NCBI RefSeq assembly: GCF_009914755.1
Contig: NC_060926.1
From: the human T2T-CHM13v2.0 reference genome, Homo sapiens
DNA length: 64,000 nt
Strand: one strand, 5' to 3'
Shown here: piece after piece, positions 57,637 through 64,000 of the stretch
How positions within the stretch are numbered: position 1 is the stretch's first letter
Layout: each line of letters starts with the position of its first letter
The notes under the pieces: generated by a model
What the model was told of the DNA's origin: nothing
What the model saw: only the letters and a program-made list of their open reading frames with translations
The model's database searches: none
Translations under genes and position numbers: made by a program

Positions 57637-60168
57637 GATGGTTTCATTTTTTTAATTTCAATGATGTGGGAAAACTGTATCAATCACTTAAGAGTTGGAA
57701 GAGGACTAAATATAACACACTAGAGAAAAGTCATATAATTGCTGGGCATTATTAGGGGGTCCATGTGAGGTTATAATCATAAGTTTAAAGTGTTATTAAT
57801 ATCTTTTTGTGTTTTCTTGATTTAGTAATTTTCTTTTTATATTCATAATAGTTTTCTTGACCTGGCTTATTTATTTTTAAAAATGACTGATCAAATTTTA
57901 TACATGCAAGTCTTAGTTGAAAACCTGAATTAGAACATCTTTCAATGTCTTTGTTGTTATTGCTGTGAATTTATTTCAGATAATTGGTTTTCTGCTTCTT
58001 CAGAGTCATCAGCTCCCAACTCCACTTTTTAAAACATCTATGTTAATTACAAATATGCTTGCAAATACACTGATTTTCTTTTGATCATTCTAATTTTTGG
58101 AGGGCTCTGGGCTCTCCAGTGTATATTAGTAGAACTCTTTTATCATCCAGTTAATTTTCTTTATTTAAATGTAAATTGTAGTTTCACTGGCAGGAGAATG
58201 GTGAGTGTGCCCACTAGGATTTCTTTAATTCTGAGGTTTATATATTAGAAATTTTCTGAAAGAACTGTAATAATGTGGTTCTCTTAGTTCTAGCACTCAT
58301 CTATTTTATTTCTGCTTTTACATTGATGTTAATTTTCTCAGAAATCTTATAGAAAAACTACATATTTATAATTAAATCCCATCATATAAATACATAGTCC
58401 AACTAGTTTTCTATTTATAAAGGTAAGTATTGGTGGGGTAGGTTGGGGGAGATGTATCTCCAGTTTTCTCTGTGATAAAAAATACCTATTAAATGTCAAT
58501 CTCATCACACATATTCCCCATATTCCATTCATACATATCCACCTATAGATATCAAACAGGGGAGCAAATAAAACTACTTATAACCTAAGCTCAAAGCATA
58601 AGTAGGAGACAAAATAATAACAACACAAACTTCGATACACATATAAGTAGAAAGTAAACATCAAACCCAGCAGTCTTGAGTGATCACCAAAACAGAAAGG
58701 TAGATGAAGACTGGTAGGAGACAGTGGAGAGGAAGAGGGCATCCATCAATGATGGAACACAGAATAAATCTTTCTCACCCAAGAAAGCGTGACATGTATG
58801 CAAATTTAAGAATACTGAAAACAAGTCTGAAACATGAATAAGACCACTGGCGACAAGGAAATCTTTTGAGGGAGAGATGAAAACATTTCAGGAGAATATG
58901 ATCCTGGGACGCTTAGTGTTTAGCAGAAAAAAAGAAGGAAACCACAGTAAGGAACCACATACCTGTGAAAGAATAAATCCTCCCCTAACCATAAAAGGGG
59001 TCCATTTGGTATAGTGACTGCACTTCACTTAACCAACAGAAAACCACGCCTCTGAATGTTAGAAAACTATTAAACCCCGATCTCACACCATTCCTTTTAA
59101 TACTGGTGCCGAAAAATATGAAATATTTAGAAAGGCACTGAACACAAGGCAATATTAATAAATAGCAGCAGTAGAAGAAAATAGACCATGAAAATTAAAG
59201 CATTCTTCCTCAGCCTCCAACTATGAAGCAGAAAAACCTTTAGCATGACAATCCAACCTGACTTAAATATGCTTAAACACAAACATACTGATATAAAAGG
59301 CAACACATTTCAAAAAATATGTTGAAAAATCAAGATAACAAGTGAACAAAAAAGAAAGAAATTGAGAAAAAAATAAAATAGAGAAATATTTAACTTAAAA
59401 GATTCATAAGAAAGGATGAATTTAATAGAAAATAATCAAAGCAATTTAGTATATGAATCAGTAGTTAAAAGTAAAAAAATTAAATAAAAAAGTGCCAAGA
59501 AAAAATGATATCTGTAGAAAGTAGGCAAAAGTTATCCAATATATATTTAATTAGAGATACTAAATAAAAATTAATGAAATCATGGAAAATACTAATATGT
59601 AAAACTTGTAATTAAAAAATTTAAAAAATAAAAGAAAACTCCCTTGACCTTTGGAAGTTCTGTGTACTTTGGAATAACTGAAATATTTCAGCCAAGTCTG
59701 AGAATGTTTTAAGTAACAGAATGTAAAAATAAAGAAATAATTATTTTGACTGTATAGATATATAACCATTAGAAAATGCAACAATTTCAAATCACTCAAG
59801 AAAGCTTGAACTAAAATTATTATATTTGATCAATCTGTGTCATATGAAGTCTACAAAAACATAGTTTTAGACATGAAAGGACTCAGGAACACTCTACCTT
59901 GAGCCTTCCTGAGGATTTTGCCAGAGGGTGAGCTTGGTCCCATCACAAGTTACCTGGAGGTACTACCAAAAAAAAAAAAAAGTTGGGGGGAGGGGCCGAT
60001 AATAAATGTTAAACTCTTAGAATTTTAAATATTAGTCTTAATCAAAGTGTACTAAATGTAAATGTTATGTGTTTCCTGTATAAAGTAGAAATAACATAGC
60101 CCCCAAAATGGGGGAGAAATAAGAGAGAAAGAAGGGAAAGTAGGATGAATTAATGGATATGGCAGACA

Positions 60169-60380
60169 GAGTGGTATACTGGAGTGGGCTCAGATGAGTT
60201 TTCAAGAAGTGATTATGCAAATCTGAGTTTCTTTCCCTGAATGCATTTAGTGACATCATGTTGGTAGCTTGCCATTGGTAATAGTGGGAATATTTCCGTC
60301 ACTGAAATAAACACACCAGAGCTTTTTCTCTCCCGACCCCTGTGGATGGCAGTTGATAAAGATTTACCAGTATGCCACTG
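60169..60380 (+). mobile_element. MER63A-like hAT MITE
   Basis: TIRs gagtggtatactgg / ccagtatgccactg; internal gtgacatcatgttggtagcttg...gtgggaatattt. Confidence 0.7.
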
Positions 60381-60599
60381 TGCACAGATATTAAATAGGT
60401 AATAATAAAAAATAACTTAAAATTAATAAACCAAAAAACATGTTCAAGTAAAAAAAAGAAAGAAGACAAGATAAAAGGAAGGAAGAGGAAAAGAAGGAAG
60501 AAGAGAAACAGAGAAAGACCAAGAGAAATAGAAAAGTCATTAATATAAAGGTAATCACTAGTTAAAACTACAGATCCTCCAAATTCCAAATTAAATGTC

Positions 60600-61980
<1,381 letters not shown>

Positions 61981-61984
61981 GGAG

Positions 61985-63560
61985 GCAACGATGGTAGATA
62001 CATGAATTTATGCATTTGTAAATGTCCATAGAACCACATATCCCAATGAATGACTAAATACTCTGAATATTCACAAAACATGAAAATATTTAAGGACACC
62101 AAAAATACCTATATAATTTCTATAAATATGAGTTAATAACATAACATTCTCTGATCTCAAAGCAATAAAACTAAAAGTAAAAATGTAAGCAAACTAAAAC
62201 CAAAATCTAGCATGATCAACCAAGATGTCTGGGGTCCCAAGAATTGAATGCAAATTGCGATAAATGAATCTAACTGTGTTACAATATGACAAATGTATTA
62301 CATATTACACAAAATGAGGTGAAAGGAAAAAAGAGGCTGAATTACACAATTCTGCAAAATGATGTCTGGAAACTGTAAGGCTAAAGATCAAAGGAACCAT
62401 AAATAAACATAATTCTCTGGTCGGCAAGTTTGTTTCTCATTTGGTTATAGGTAAGCAATTATGAAATTTTTTCTGCCTACGGAGATTGAACAGTGAAATA
62501 AATGGCGAATGGTGGGAACCATATTTCTCCACGTTGGAATAGGATATTATAGATAAGCAGATGAGAAGGCTAGAATGAATCCTGTGGTGCTGTATTAGAG
62601 TTAGAAACATCAACATGAACTTATGTTTATCTGAATGTATTCATAGAATATAGACAGAGACACCTTTATATATGTGTGTGTATACAATGGCTAGTGATCA
62701 TACATATATTAACCAAATCTGTTCCTTGAGAGGGCCCATAAACAATGACACCCGAGTAGTAATGAACATGGCCAATGCAGAGATCTAGAAAATACCATCC
62801 TCTAACAAAAGCAAGCAGGTCTTCTTAAATAAATGAATAATTTTAGAGCTGAGGCTTGAAATACGCATGATGAGCTTGCAATATCTGTAATGCCAGAAAG
62901 GAAGGAAGTTCTCTAAAAACAAAAGAATGATGAAAAGAACAGGAGATTTGGGACGCTGAGGTGGGTGGATCACTTGAGGTCAGGACTTCGAGACCAGCCT
63001 GGCCAACATGTTGAAACCCCCATCTCTACCAAGAAAAAACAAAAATACAAAAATTAGCCAGGCATGGTGGCACATACCTGTAGTCCCAGCTAATAGGGAA
63101 GCTGAGACATGAGAATTGCTTCTGGGAGGCAGAGGTTGCAGTGAGTTGAGATTGTGCCACTTCACTCCAGCCTGGGCAACAGAGTGAGACCATGTCTAAA
63201 AAAAAAGAACATATGAGCCAACCTGAAAGATGAAATAAATAATGCAGCATTGGATTATAACTCAAAGGATAAAATAAATATACCTGAATCAAATGAATAT
63301 GAAAAAACGATTGAACAAATATATGAGGGAGAAGTAACAAATCTTCCATATAGAAAAATTCCAAATAATACATGTAGAATTCAGCAGTTCCCACCCCTCT
63401 TGAGAATAAACTTATCTTAGTGACTCACTGTCCATGAATACAGTAGGTAAATAAATAAATAATAACTTTACAGATAAGAAACCTAACAAATACTACCTTA
63501 ACCAAATCATTAAATTAGCAACATCAGTGACGTCAAGTGGACATCATGTATTACCTGAAA
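61985..63560 (+). mobile_element. L1MC (MC3-like) 3' UTR interrupted by an Alu
   Basis: atggtagatacatga...ccatagaac; aatctaactgtgttacaa; aacaatgacacccgagtag; cagcattggattataactcaaag. Confidence 0.75.
62948..63208 (+). mobile_element. 5'-truncated AluS
   Basis: tttgggacgctgaggtgggtggatcacttgaggtcagg through A tail. Confidence 0.92.
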
Positions 63561-63579
63561 TCCAAAATATATTACCCAG

Positions 63580-64000
63580 GTGGTAAAATACTTGTACACT
63601 AAGAATTACAAAACTTTGATGAAAAAAATTAAAGGAGACACAAATAAATGGAAAGACATCCTGTATTCATGAATAGGAAGACTTAATTTTGTTAACACTT
63701 CATATATTACCCAAAGCTGTCTATAGATTCAATGTGTTTCCTATCAAAATACCAAAGACATTTTTCACAGTGATAGAAAAATAATCCTAAAACACATATG
63801 GAACCATAAAAGACCCTAAATAGCCAAAGCAATCTTGGGAAAGGAAAACAAAGCTGGAGTCACATTTCTGACTTCAAAATATATTACAAAGCAACATTAA
63901 TTAAAGTAGTATGGTAACGGCATAAAAACAAACATATGGATCAATGGAACAGAATAGAACAGAGATATAAGAAATAAACCCACCCTTATACTATCAACTG
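63580..64000 (+). mobile_element. L1M (MB-like) ORF2 fragment running off window end
   Basis: aaataaatggaaagacatcctgtattcatg...atatggaaccataaaagaccc...gatcaatggaacagaataga. Confidence 0.85.

Overview
AT-rich primate genomic DNA, most likely human or another ape (AluY, L1PA4/5 and an ERV9 LTR12 are present). It looks intergenic or deep-intronic. I find no protein-coding exon, CpG island, tRNA, rRNA or CRISPR array. Most of the window is layered transposable-element sequence: about 14 Alus plus 2 FLAM monomers; five primate L1PA copies (two with twin-priming 5' inversions); many old L1M/L2/MIR relics; MaLR, ERVL and ERV1 LTRs; and the DNA transposons MADE1, MER6A, MER58B and MER63. All long ORFs in the track are broken L1 ORF2 or Alu/low-complexity artefacts. 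I cannot support a new biological system here. The strongest candidate for something undescribed is a repeat-poor island at about 41.3-46.2 kb. It holds three NR4A-type AAAGGTCA sites in 200 bp, a perfect 26-bp-stem hairpin, and a duplicated CpG-containing ATGTTGCAACGA module. Also notable: a 33-nt tailless U2 retrocopy with a perfect 18-bp TSD, an L1PA4 5' junction built from locally templated filler DNA, and a 5'-deleted LTR12 that keeps its core promoter. Repeat subfamily names come from recalled consensus sequences, and the boundaries of old elements are approximate.
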